A stretch of DNA of 64,000 nt from Paraspadella gotoi. Lineage: Eukaryota; Animalia; Chaetognatha. Of the stretch, positions 33,934 through 45,735 are shown one piece after another. The DNA is taken from positions 3,784,420 through 3,848,419 of the forward strand of contig CM119266.1 of assembly GCA_051294375.1 (NCBI GenBank), given 5' to 3'. The notes under the pieces were generated by a model, which made no database searches, was not told the origin of the DNA, and was given only the letters and a program-made list of their open reading frames with translations. Position 1 is the first letter of the stretch, and each line of letters opens with the position of its first letter. The translations under genes and the position numbers were made by a program.

Positions 33934-36900
33934 GACTTCGAAAAGAAAAATAAACCCTGAACGAATTTAATTAAAGTGAGACGAACGGCCGGGAAAACTT
34001 GTCGATCCAAGAGTCCACGCTAATAATTCTAATCTTAATCTCAAAAATCCTACGCTATATATTCTTGAATTTTAAATTATAAAACCCAAACATGACCAGG
34101 CGATATCGCGCTAGTCGCAATTTCGTGATAAGACAACCGGTCGCAAGCGAAAAAATGGGCAAGAGGCTCGATTGTAGGGAAGCGTAACTCAAATTATGAA
34201 GGAAATTCTGGCATCAAAATAGGAAAACCCGACAAGGAAATAAACTGGGAGAGAAAAAGAGAAAGCTAATCTGTCGAGAAGAAATTTTCTCGCTGCGCTG
34301 AGACGATGGGCTGAATTGTGTAGAGTTGGTAGAGGCGACTTTGGTGGAGCTACTGTAGGACCACCGGGGTAGCGGGTAGAGCTGGGGGTGACTACGGGGC
34401 GGTTGGAGGTGATCAGGGGAGCCCGCAGAATCAAGTCGCAATGGTGACATTCGCGGGAGAATTTTGGAGGTTGAACTTTTTTTTTCAATGGTGCCAGAAG
34501 CCTTAACATGTAGACAAGGACATATGCTGTGACGCTCATAAATGAAGAAACTGAAGCCATGATGAAAATGGCTGACTGTTGAACTGAAGGTTGACTTGAT
34601 GGACTGAACAAATCAAAAATTAAAAACAGATTAAAAATTGCCTTTGAATAGCAAAAAAATTAACTTTACAATTAAATGAAAATGAAAGAGTATTAAATAT
34701 GTCCTCCGAATTAGGCATTACGATAAATTTTCAGTATAATTAAACTTAATTTAAAGGCATCATTCTAAATTTCCAATTTTCATCGAGCTCGCAGCTAAAC
34801 TCCGTCACCTGATCAGCAACTACGTCAAAAGTAATCACGCCCAAATGAAATGAGGAATAGCGAAAAGCGAAAGCAGAGAAAAGATACATAAACCGGATTT
34901 GACTTACCTCAGATTTAAATTCCAATATGTGTAGTCGTAGAACTGCAGAAATGTAAGAGTTTCCAAAGACGATGATGTCAGCGTGAGTGTATAGAGAATG
35001 TAAGCATGTCACATTGGGCGACGCCAAGGAGCAATCGTCGATGCTGCATTCAGACTGAGTAAAGAAAGAAACGGAGATTTTCAAAACTGCGCATGCGTCT
35101 GCAGCGTTGGGACCAACTGCAGCGCCTGAAGCATGGGCCGCAGCTCTTCAAAATGAAAGAAATGAATGAAAAGACCGAGCAGCAGCGGCGAGACGCTTCT
35201 ATATTCGGTGTCTGCTGCGTCGCCGCGTACTTTATATATTGTAGGAAAAACCTGCAGCGTGCGCGGCGTTAGAAAGCAGATGAAGTGTGATAAATTGTAA
35301 TTTACAAATGTATTAAATATGGCTAGCCTAATTATAAATAAAAACAATAATTTATAATTTATACGACTTTTGTCGGTTTTAAAATTATTATTTCGCTCGG
35401 ATTTTTCAAGCTGTAAAAATAAAAAGCGACCTCCAAGTCTAATTGTTTATTTAAGAAATAAAATAACCTCCTTACATCTTTGTGGTGATATGAGGAAATG
35501 AGTTTCTCCTGTCGAGGATCGAGTTTAAAAACATTTGGGCTATTACTAATAGCCCAAATAATAGTATTAGGGCGGAAGCCTTTAGTGCGTGGGAGGAAAC
35601 TTGGAACACACGGAGTTCTTACTTAGAAAACAGAGAGACGCACGATTGAACGGTCTGACCATTTGTTTATTGGCCAATTAAAACTAAAAGCGATGTCTTC
35701 ATCCCAAACTGTTGTGAAAGTTTAATATAAAGTTAAAAAAGAGTGAATTATTTCAGTTTAATCCTTCATAATTAGCTCTCATCCGTTAGATCCCATCAAG
35801 TTTAAAGATTCTATTATGGATTTAAATCAGAAAGGAAATAAAAGATTGTGGAGAAAAGAGAAGGCGCGAATAATTAGACAGACCAGAGAAGAATTTCCGC
35901 ATAAAAAAAAAAAAAACTGTTTAAATTTTAAAAACTGCAATATTATTGAGAATATTTTGTATCCTCACAAATTAATCCTCATGAAACTACAAATTATTGT
36001 ATCGCCAAAACGAATTACAGCATTAAAATAAAATGTGTGTGAGAGAACTTAGGATTATGTTTGGATACCACGACCTATCTATAATTTTTAATAATCGTAA
36101 GAAAACCTTAATCTCAAAGATCTATACAATGAAAAATACAGTTCTTCAGAAACTTGTTCCGTTTTTTACAACATAAGAACAATTTTTAATTGTTTACATT
36201 TTAATTAATTAATTTTATTTAATTAACTGTTTTTGTTTTTTTTTCTCTCTATTTTATTATGAAATTGGTACAGCCAATATAAAAATTATCCATTTATTTG
36301 CTCATTTCGTTTGCTCAGACTTTGTCTATGTTTTTTTGTTTGTTGATGATGATTGTACTGAATCAACCTTAATGTATTCGAATAAAATCGCATATATAAG
36401 ATTAAATCATTAAGAAACTGGTCATCAGTTATAAAATACATAATCCCGCCCCTCAAGACTTTTAAGAACATCCTTCGCCCAAAACCCGGATCTTAACTTA
36501 TTTCTCACTTAAAACATCAAATTTTGAAACAAAAAAAGCGATAAAAATCAGACGCAGTGGTTTTCATTTCAAGGGGGGACTTTTATTCTATTTTTAGATT
36601 TTGGTTTAGTTTTTGGGTCAGAATCCCGGATCCTCGAAAGTCTGCAACGAATGAGGAACACATGGTCCGAATGTTCGACCCGATCGAACTGATAATCGAA
36701 TCCGGTTTTGATGTTGATTCTCTTTTTAAACTCGGACGATTTCGTATTAAAAGTTAAAAAACGAAATTTATCACCGTGACCTGGCACCGTCGCTTAGATT
36801 AAATAGTCACGATGGCGCCTGTCGTCTGATTTAGCGCCTGAAGGTAAACTTCGAGGTATGACTGACTGTTACGGAATACGTAATACGGAATACGGAATAC

Positions 36901-37555
36901 GGAATACGTTATGACACAATGAAAAATGTCGTAACGTTACTGTTTCGTGCATAAAAAAAATTCACTGTTCAATATTATTATATTTTTTTTTATTTTTTGA
37001 AACGTTATAGTTTCATATGTTAATATCCAAAATATCAATGTAAATTTTTTTTTGTTTTTTAGATATGACCGAATTTAGGGTGAAAGATAATAAATTTTTT
37101 AAAAAGTTACTTGTTCATATTTATTAATAGAATTGTAATAAAAAAAATAAAAAAATTAATAGTACTAATAGTGTTATGTTATATTATGTTATATTATATT
37201 ATGTTATGTTATGTTATATTGGTTGTACCAATTTCATATATGGGGAAAAAAACCTCATTTAAAAATAAATTTTTGCTTGTTTTTTACTTTAACTGAAAAA
37301 TATAAGCAATTTTATGGAATAAAAAAAATTTAATAGTAATCAAAATGTAATTGAGTCTTTCCTTTTTCAAATTACAAAAGAAAAATAAAAAATTTCATAT
37401 GCCTTCATTGAAATTTTTTAAACAAAAAAACTGTTATTCTTTTAACTCTGATTTAAACAAAAGCTGTCTAAATATTTATGGATTTAATTTAATAAAACTC
37501 TTTTAGAAAGGTTTCCCATGATTAGGGCTTTAATTTGATACTATACCCACCTTGC

Positions 37556-37794
37556 TACAGTAGCATCCGTCTAGAATTTCTGAGACGGCAAGCTTGTTAA
37601 CTCGAGTACAAATGATAATTTTAAAGAGAGCTTTTGTCTTGATGTATACACATATGGCTACTCCCCCTTCGGTAAGCCATTGCTCTACGACCAATTTTGG
37701 GACATCAGAACTTATTGTAAAAAGTAACTTCAGCCAGATTTAACCTGAAACCTTTTCGTTAGGTTAAAATCCGGCGCGCTAAGCACTCGGCCAA
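37556..37794 (-). mobile_element. tRNA-derived SINE-like element (copy A)
   Basis: Reverse-complement homologue of 39021-39265, with A box TGGCCGAGTG. Confidence 0.75.
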
Positions 37795-38362
37795 ATGATT
37801 TTCCTAAAAAAATTGTACAAATTAAATTATATAAAGCTGTAGGTTCGCTTTTATTTTTTTGGGGGAAACAAAAAATTCAATGTTCGAAGCAGAGATTTCA
37901 ACATCCGAGTCCCAAGTTTCCCGATTCGTGACGGAACGTCCAACGACGACGATTATTACGAAGATAGCGAATATCTGGCTTATTTGTAATGTTTGAAATT
38001 GAGGAAAAGTCAGAGGCAGTTGCCTCGTTAAGCCGCGACGTCGAATGTTTTCACGTTGCTTTTAAGGTGTTTTATTAGGTGTTTTAACCAGTTGCTTATG
38101 TGAAACAACTGAAAATGTTTTATACCTCGTCACCTATTGTATCAATATTAAAAATAGGCTAATGATTGAGAGAATGAAAGAATGGAATCGTTTTGAAAAA
38201 ATAATAATTTAAGTTTTCAATTTGCATAAAAACAAGTTTGAGCAAACAATGTCTGATCTGCCTACAATAATTAAGCGGTAATAAGCTAATATGATGATAA
38301 TTCTTGGTAATGTTTTCTGATTTTAATTTGTGATCTTAACAGATCATAACATGTTGTAACAT

Positions 38363-38963
38363 AAACAAGTTTGAGCAAACAATTCGGATCTGCCCACAAT
38401 CATTATTGGTAATCAATTAATAATTAATTCAAGTTAATTAATTATTTGTTTTGATTGATTAATTGAACGTATTAATTAATTATTGATTAATTAATTATTA
38501 AAAGGAAAAAAGCATAATCAATTAGTGAAACAGTTTTTTGTTTTTTTATTTAAACTCATTTCCACTCAAACATTCCATGAAACTTGATTTCCAGTTAATC
38601 ACGCACTTTCTACCCACATACAAAATTTCAAGTCAATCGCCCCTCCACTCATGAGTAATTGGTGTTCAAATAGTAAGTTTTTTTTTTCCATTCAAACTCA
38701 TTTCCACTTGACGATTCCATCGAAACTTCATATCAGCTAATTACAACTTCCCTACCCACACACAAAATTTCATTCAATCCATCCATCCAATCACGAGTAT
38801 TGTGTTTTTTGCTAAGGTGGGACGGACGAGGACATCATTTTTTTTGCATAATTTATTATAATTCGATGTTCTGACATGATATAAGTGAATGCCGGACAAG
38901 ACTGAGGGACTGACAAAGTGAATTATAGAGTCAGAATCTGCTGAAAGCAGATCTGACTAAAAA
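38363..38963 (+). mobile_element. Helentron-associated non-autonomous element (HINE/DINE-1-like)
   Basis: Starts AAACAAG. Internal caaaatttca repeats and GGAC/GACA-type simple repeats. Ends in hairpin AGTCAG(A)ATCTGCT-GAA-AGCAGATCTGACT followed by an A run. 5' GATCTGC is inverted to 3' GCAGATC. Confidence 0.6.
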
Positions 38964-39020
38964 GAAAAGAAAAAACAAAATTTATATTTAGGATTTTGAA
39001 TTTTTTTTTTTAAATAACGA

Positions 39021-39265
39021 GATGGCCGAGTGGTTAAAAACTAAGACTTCAACGCAGAATGGAATGGTAGGATTCGAATCCCACTCAAGGTTAACTTTTA
39101 CAATAAACTGCTATGTCCCAAAAGTGGTCGTAGAGCAATGGCTTACCGAAGGGGGAGTAGCCATATGAGTCCTCGACAACAAGACAAAAACTCGCTTTCA
39201 AATTATCATTTCTACTCGAGTTACAGAGCTTGCCGTCTCAGAAATTCTAGACGGATGCTACTGTA
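39021..39265 (+). mobile_element. tRNA-derived SINE-like element (copy B)
   Basis: A box TGGCCGAGTGG, B box GGATTCGAATCC, body conserved with copy A, and a 3' hairpin CCGTCT...AGACGG. Confidence 0.8.
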
Positions 39266-41904
39266 CCTTTTTCTTTCAAAAGTTATTTTAAAAAAATAAT
39301 TTTTTTAAAATTACGCAGTACAAATTTGGCAAAGCGAGAGTATCTCACTTATTTCTATTGGTACAATACTTAAATTTCAAAATAAAACTTGAAAAAAAAT
39401 TTTTTGTCATTTAAAAACATATCACATTCAGATGTACCTATCGTATAATAATTGATTTATCTATTTCCCCAAAAAAGCCTAATTAGAAAAGTTAAAATTT
39501 TTTCAAATTGTTGGAAAAAAAATTTTGTCCCACCTATGTTCATTGAGAATAATAGTTTTGCATTGAAAATCAAAATATCAAAAAAATAAAAAAATCAGCC
39601 TCTAAAAAAATCAAAAGGCAAGAGGCTGATTTTTTTTAGAATTGCAAAATTTTTTTCCTAACTCGTAATCTATTATTTTTAAGTTTCAAAATATTTTTTT
39701 TCAAAATCAATCAATCAATTTTTTTTATTAATTTAAAATGTTTTTATGATATTGTTTTTATTTGAAAGAATTGAAAAAAATAGAAAAATATAGTAATTAT
39801 ATAAAGTTTTTAAAAATATTTAAGAATATTAGATAATTAGACACAAGGAGAGTAAGCAGAAAAAACTTCCCATTCATAAAAAAAATTAAAAATGAATTTA
39901 TCATATTGTTATTTAGATTAATTGACTAATTACAAGCTAATGAATTATATAAACTAAAAAAATGATGGGTAAAAAATATTCATCTTGGTCTCGGTTAACT
40001 ATTAAGTTATTGTTAAAATTTTGTTTTAATAATATTAATATTTTTTTTGCATTTATAAAAGCAATGGTCTAAAATTTTGTAAGCGTTTCGAGCTATATTG
40101 CTTCATCTTTTATACTATTTTTGATCTAGTTAGCTTTTTTGTTAATGGTCAAGGGTTATGGTCAGACACAGTAATGTCCAGTAGTATATATCGCACATAT
40201 TACCAAAAGTAACAATCAATTAATTTGGCTCAGAAACAATTTTAAAAGGATAAAATCAGCACGAGACCGTTTCGCCACGTTATTTTTCATTGTGTCTTAT
40301 ACGGATTCAGACGACAAGAGGATCATTGTGAACTTCTCAAATAAACATGAAAAAAAGGTTGCCTTGTTCAGACGGATCTTTTTTTGCTTCTTTCTTTTCC
40401 CCTTTTTTCTATAACCCTCTCTCCCCCCGCCCTCTCAGTCTCTCAATGCCTCAGTTATGAATTTTTAAAAGTATTTATTTGAGGAAATGACTTTTCTTTT
40501 CAACTCCTTAATCATTAATTCTCTTCAAGCTTTTACTTCTCCTTTGCAGGATAAATTTTGGAGATCATTTGTATCACATTATTATTATTATTANNNNNNN
40601 NNNTATTATTGTTATCATTATTATTATTATTATTTACATTTCTATTATCGTTTGTTGTTTTGTTGTTGTTTCTATTGTTTCTATTGGTTTCGACTTAATT
40701 ATAATCGATCAGCCGGACGACCGACCAGCCAACCGATCGACCGATTGACCGAGCGTCACTTGCAGGCATGGATGACGAGAATTATTTAAGAAGAAGGAAG
40801 CGAGGAAAGAAAGTTGTAGCACTTGCAGACGTAGTGAAAGCTGATTGGAGACTTGAGTGTTGATTCTTGACTCTTGACTGATGACTGTTGTCTGTTGACT
40901 GTTGAGTGCAGCTGTTCGACGTTAAGTATTTTCGACAATTATTTTTGCAATATCGTGGAAAATGCAATTGTATCGACTGTTTCCAATCTGAAAGTCTGAA
41001 AGTCTGAACTCAGAATTGTCACTAAAAATAAGAATCAAATGATCAGAGGAAGAAAAGAAGAGACACGAAAATTATTGATTTCATTGGCTTAAGAATCAAT
41101 AACAATGAATAGTACAATATTTAGTTTTTACTTTTGATTTAAAAAAATTCTACTTTTTTTATAATATTTATAATAAGTAAGTCAACAACTTATTTTATCA
41201 AGAGATATTATCAACTGTATAGTCGACATGGCTTTTATTCAGTTATCAAGAATATCTTTTACATCTTTGCGTAATTGACAGCGAGATAGATGGACCGACC
41301 GACAGACCAAAAATATGCTCTTTCGCGTCTCGGAGCTAAGAAAGGATATATTTTCCCGGAAAAGAAAGACGATATAAAGAAAAGGAGGGAAAGACTTCCC
41401 TAAAAATGGAAGGATAACCGCTTGTTAACTGCTTGTTAACTACTTGTTAACTGCTTGTTTGCTGCTTTTTAACAGCCTCGTTTTAACAAACATCTTTGGT
41501 CAGATTAGATAAAGATTTGTTTCGTAAAAAAAAAGAAGTTTTCATCAAATCCTGTTGCTTCTTTTAAAAAATCCGATTTCACATAATGTCAATATTTCTC
41601 TCCCCTTTTTCTCTTCCAAACTTACTTTCTCTTTCTCTCTCTCTCTCTCTCTCCCCGCACAATTAACCCCCTCCCCTCTCTCTTAACGATCCCCTCTCTC
41701 TCTCTTTTTAATTTGCGCCGCGAGTACTCGCGAAGCAACTCTAAAAGTCCTTTTTCGGTCGGCCTGTCGGTCGGTCTGTCGGTCCTTCGGTATGTCTGTC
41801 CGTTGGTCTGTCCCACTTACGTTAAAAAGAAATCTAATTAAGATCTCAAATCTAAGAGACTGCTAACGCCGCCTTCAGTAATTCCTAAAACTATAAGGGA
41901 AATA

Positions 41905-42523
41905 CACTACGGCGCAAAAAAAGAAGATACTTGTTAGCTTTAAATACCTCACTATTTCTTTATAAATTTTGAAAAAATATTTATAAAAGTATAGCTTTTT
42001 TAAAAAGCTATCGATTGGTGCAAGAACAAATTAATTTGCTCAGGCAGTAGAATACAGTAATACTTTAAAGTCAGAGTCTGAAAACGGAATTTGGAAAAAA
42101 ATAATTTTTGGAGGTTAAGTTGATAAAACTTTTTCTTCTGACTGATGATGAAAGATTTTTTTTTATAGTTTCCTTACTTATTTTAATTTAATTTAAGTTA
42201 AAATGGTTGACACCTATCCCTATAGATATTCTATGCTGAATTTGTTCAGCAAATTTTATATTATAAACATTTTATAATAGGGAAAAATCATTGACCTTAG
42301 TTGACTGAAAAAAAAAACTAACTTCTTTTTTTTCGATTTTTTGTACAAATCGACTTTGTCGTTCTATAACTTTCGAACGCTTTGCTCGATTTCATTTGGA
42401 CTTAAATCCATCACTTCATCTTTCCAAAAGCTTTGTTTTTTATTTCTATATTTTTATAGAATTCAGCTATCCAATACGGTTTTTTGAGGTAAAAACGTGT
42501 CTTCTTTTCTTTGCACCGCATTG
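41905..42523. mobile_element. Tc1/mariner-type MITE
   Basis: TA|CACTACGGCGCAAAAAAAGAAGATAC ... GTGTCTTCTTTTCTTTGCACCGCATTG|TA: imperfect ~26-bp TIRs with TA flanks and no ORF. Confidence 0.75.
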
Positions 42524-44283
42524 TACATTAAGGCAGGCCAAAATTTAACAATTTTTACAATATGAAAAAGTCTGCAATAAAAGTCTTTTGTCCTTTTATA
42601 ACCAAATTGACTTATGATATTATATTTTGATTAAATTAATTTTCCTCATGCATGGAAGCATTTTAATATTTAACAATATATAAGAAATGCTTAAAAAATG
42701 TTTTTTTAAATTTAAATTTTTAAAAATAAATTCTGATAAAGATTAAAAAGTTAAATAAAGGTTAGTACTACAAATTTTAAAAATTTTAATGATAAATGGG
42801 CTAAAATTTAAAAAACCTTAAAAAATCTTTGTCATCATTATCATTTATTAAATTTTATCATTTTTGTTAATTTTCATAGATAAATCATTAAAATTTCAAA
42901 AAGTCTTATTAATAACCTTCATCTAACTTTTCAAGCTCTATCAGAATCTGTTGAAAAAAATATAATATATTTAAAAAAAATTTTGAAATTTTATAGNNNN
43001 NNNNNNGCTTAAAAAATTTTTTTTAAATTTACATTTTTAAAAATAAATTCTGATAAAGATTAAAAAGTTAAATAAAGGTTAGTACTACAAATTTTAAAAA
43101 TTTTAATGATAAATGGGCTAAAATTTTAAAAAACCTTAAAAAAGCTTTGTCATCATTATCATTTATTAAATTTTATCATTTTTGTTAATTTTCATAGATA
43201 AATCATTAAAATTTCAAAAAGTTTTATTAATAACCTTCATCTAACTTTTCAAGCTCTATCAGAATCCGTTGAAAAAAAGTAATATATTTAAAAAAATTTT
43301 TGAAATTTTATAGTATTCAAATAATATAAAATAGCTTCTATGCATTTAACTATAAGATAAATATTAATTTTTTTTATTTTCACGATTTTTAATAAACACA
43401 TTAACAATATTTATACCGAACTTCTGTTAGTTTGTAACCGGTTCCGCCTTTGTAAACATGTGGGAAATTCGTAATATAATAGTAGATCTTTCATTTCATA
43501 AGCCATTTATCTTATCTACTGACTTTTGTTAGGCTGCCTTTATTTTAAATGAAGAACAATGGAATAAGTTTTTTAGCAATAACTTTTGGTAGAGTTAAAA
43601 AAAGTAATGGAGATATTCTGACAGCATTTTTAAGATTTCTATAAAGTAGAATTAACTTTACATAAACTAAATAGTAACTGCTTATCCCGTCTTTTATTTA
43701 ACTATAAGATAAATCTTAATTTTTTTTTGATTTTCACGATCTTTAATAAACACATTAACAATATTTATGCCGGACTTCAGTTAGTTTGTAACCTGTTCCG
43801 CCTTATTGTACATAGTTAAAACAAAGTCACTGCGGTGCAACACATTGGAGAGAATGNNNNNNNNNNNNNNNNNNNNNNNNNNNNNNNNNNNNNNNNNNNN
43901 NNNNNNNNNNNNNNNNNNNNNNNNNNNNNNNNNNNNNNNNNNNNNNNNNNNNNNNNNNNNNNNNNNNNNNNNNNNNNNNNNNNNNNNNNAGAGAGAGATC
44001 CTAATCTGTTTCCTCTTAATCTAGTCTCTTTTTTATCTTCGATTTTACTCATTTTACGTCGAAAGTCAAGACGGTCTTTCGGCACAATTTTCGTATCTCG
44101 CCCCATTTTCGTTTCTAATATAATTTTGACCCTAATATTTTATTCTAGTATTTTACCAAACCCAAACCCTAACATTTTGATTCTAGTGCGGAGTACAATA
44201 TAGTATTATTCCCCAATCTAATACTTAAGGGGGTGGTCTTTTCACTCAATTAAAACATTCTTTGAAACATTATACAGAAGGCT

Positions 44284-44998
44284 TCATATTATAAAATGTG
44301 GTAGTACCCCTTTTTTGTGACCAGAACACGTTCCGAGGAAAAACTACTGAATAGAATTTAATGAAATTTTGTATGTGGAGTACCAGTAGTGATACAAATG
44401 GAACTATCAAGGCGAATTTTTTACATTCCACCCCTAAGCTGAGATAAGGGGCCCTAAGGGGGCAGCCCCTGAGGGCCACAAATGGTCAAAAAAATTTTTC
44501 CATTTTTTTGATTATTTTTGTTTTAAACAGTTGCACAGACGTTTACTCTTCCACAAAAACATATTTATTACCTCAAAAATATTCATTTACCTTAATTTTT
44601 AGCTTCATGAACATCAGCAGTTAAGTCAGATTTGGAATAATTTGGGAAAATTGGAAGTAAAACGATGAACCATGCATCTTCAACCATGCTTAATTATTGC
44701 AAATTTATCAATTTTAATTCTAAATTTTTTTTTCTTATGTTTAAAACATCAATGCACCTGATGCTACTAAAAAATTTTTAAAATAAAAAAAAAAATTTTT
44801 AGCATTTTTTGGCCCCCCAGGGGTACACCCTCAGGGCCCTGTATCTCTTGTCAGGGGTTGAATATCAAAATTCGCCTCGATAGTTCCATTTATATAGTCA
44901 TTAGCACTCTAAATATAAAATTTCATTAAATTTGATTGGGTAGTTTGGTGGGAACAGATTCTGGTCACAAAAAAGGGGTACTACATTTTATAATATGA
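44284..44998. mobile_element. MITE with ~200-bp imperfect terminal inverted repeats
   Basis: TCATATTATAAAATG...TAGTACCCCTTTTTTGTGACCAGAA...ATGGAACTATC.AGGCGAATTTT...GGCC is mirrored at about 44810-44998. Confidence 0.85.
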
Positions 44999-45555
44999 TA
45001 TAGAAGCCAGATACTCTGGGAGTGAATGAAGGAGACTGTAAAAAAGTCTTGATTGAAAGCTTGCAGGGACCTGCTATGTCATTATCTTGTAAGAGTGATG
45101 GAGGCCTTAAACCACCAAAGCCTGTCCAAAGTCAGGGGCAAGATAACTTAATTATTAAATGAATGGCTAATTTTTATATTGGTTGTACCAATTTATAATC
45201 CTTTTGCCTCCAAACCAAATCTTTAAACCTAAAAAATCTTTAAACCTAAAAACAGACTTAATTCTGAATTTAGGTGAAATGGATTAAGAAAATATCTTTC
45301 GATGCCTACGTGTCGTAGAGGAGTCGGCCGATCCTTGGCCAAGTGGGCCGCCCGATCGGCCGTAACGATTTCCCCGAAACCTTTCCTTTTCTTATCACTT
45401 TCCTTAATTCCTCTTTTCTCCCTTCTCTTATTTCTCTTTCTTTTCTCTCTTTTTTTTCATTCTTTTTTAGTCTTAGCGAGATAAAAATACTCTTTAATTT
45501 AATAAAAAGAAATTGCTATTCTCTTTCCTTCTTTTTGTTTTCTTGGATTCGGTTA

Positions 45556-45735
45556 AGCCTATTACATACGGATTTTGGATTTGGCGCCGCCTATTACATA
45601 CGGATTTTGAATTTGGCGCCGCCTCTTACATACGGGTTTAGGATTTGGCGCCGCCTCTTACATACGGGTTTAGGATTTGGTATTTAGCGCCGCCTATCAC
45701 ATACGGATTTTGGATTTGGTGCCAAATATTACATT
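45556..45735. repeat. Minisatellite, ~32-bp unit CGCCGCCTATTACATACGGATTTTGGATTTGG
   Basis: About 5 units. Confidence 0.88.

Larger units (their letters stand above)
36912..40297. mobile_element. TIR-bounded non-autonomous DNA element with nested insertions
   Basis: Left TA|TGACACAATGAAAAAT...CGTGC and right GCACG...ATTTTTCATTGTGTCT|TA form ~39-bp imperfect TIRs. A solo left end lies at 46585-46646. Confidence 0.6.

Noticed and set aside
39021-39090. Functional tRNA gene
   Set aside because: A and B boxes are present but there is no acceptor stem or cloverleaf, and it is attached to a repeated body, so it is a SINE head.
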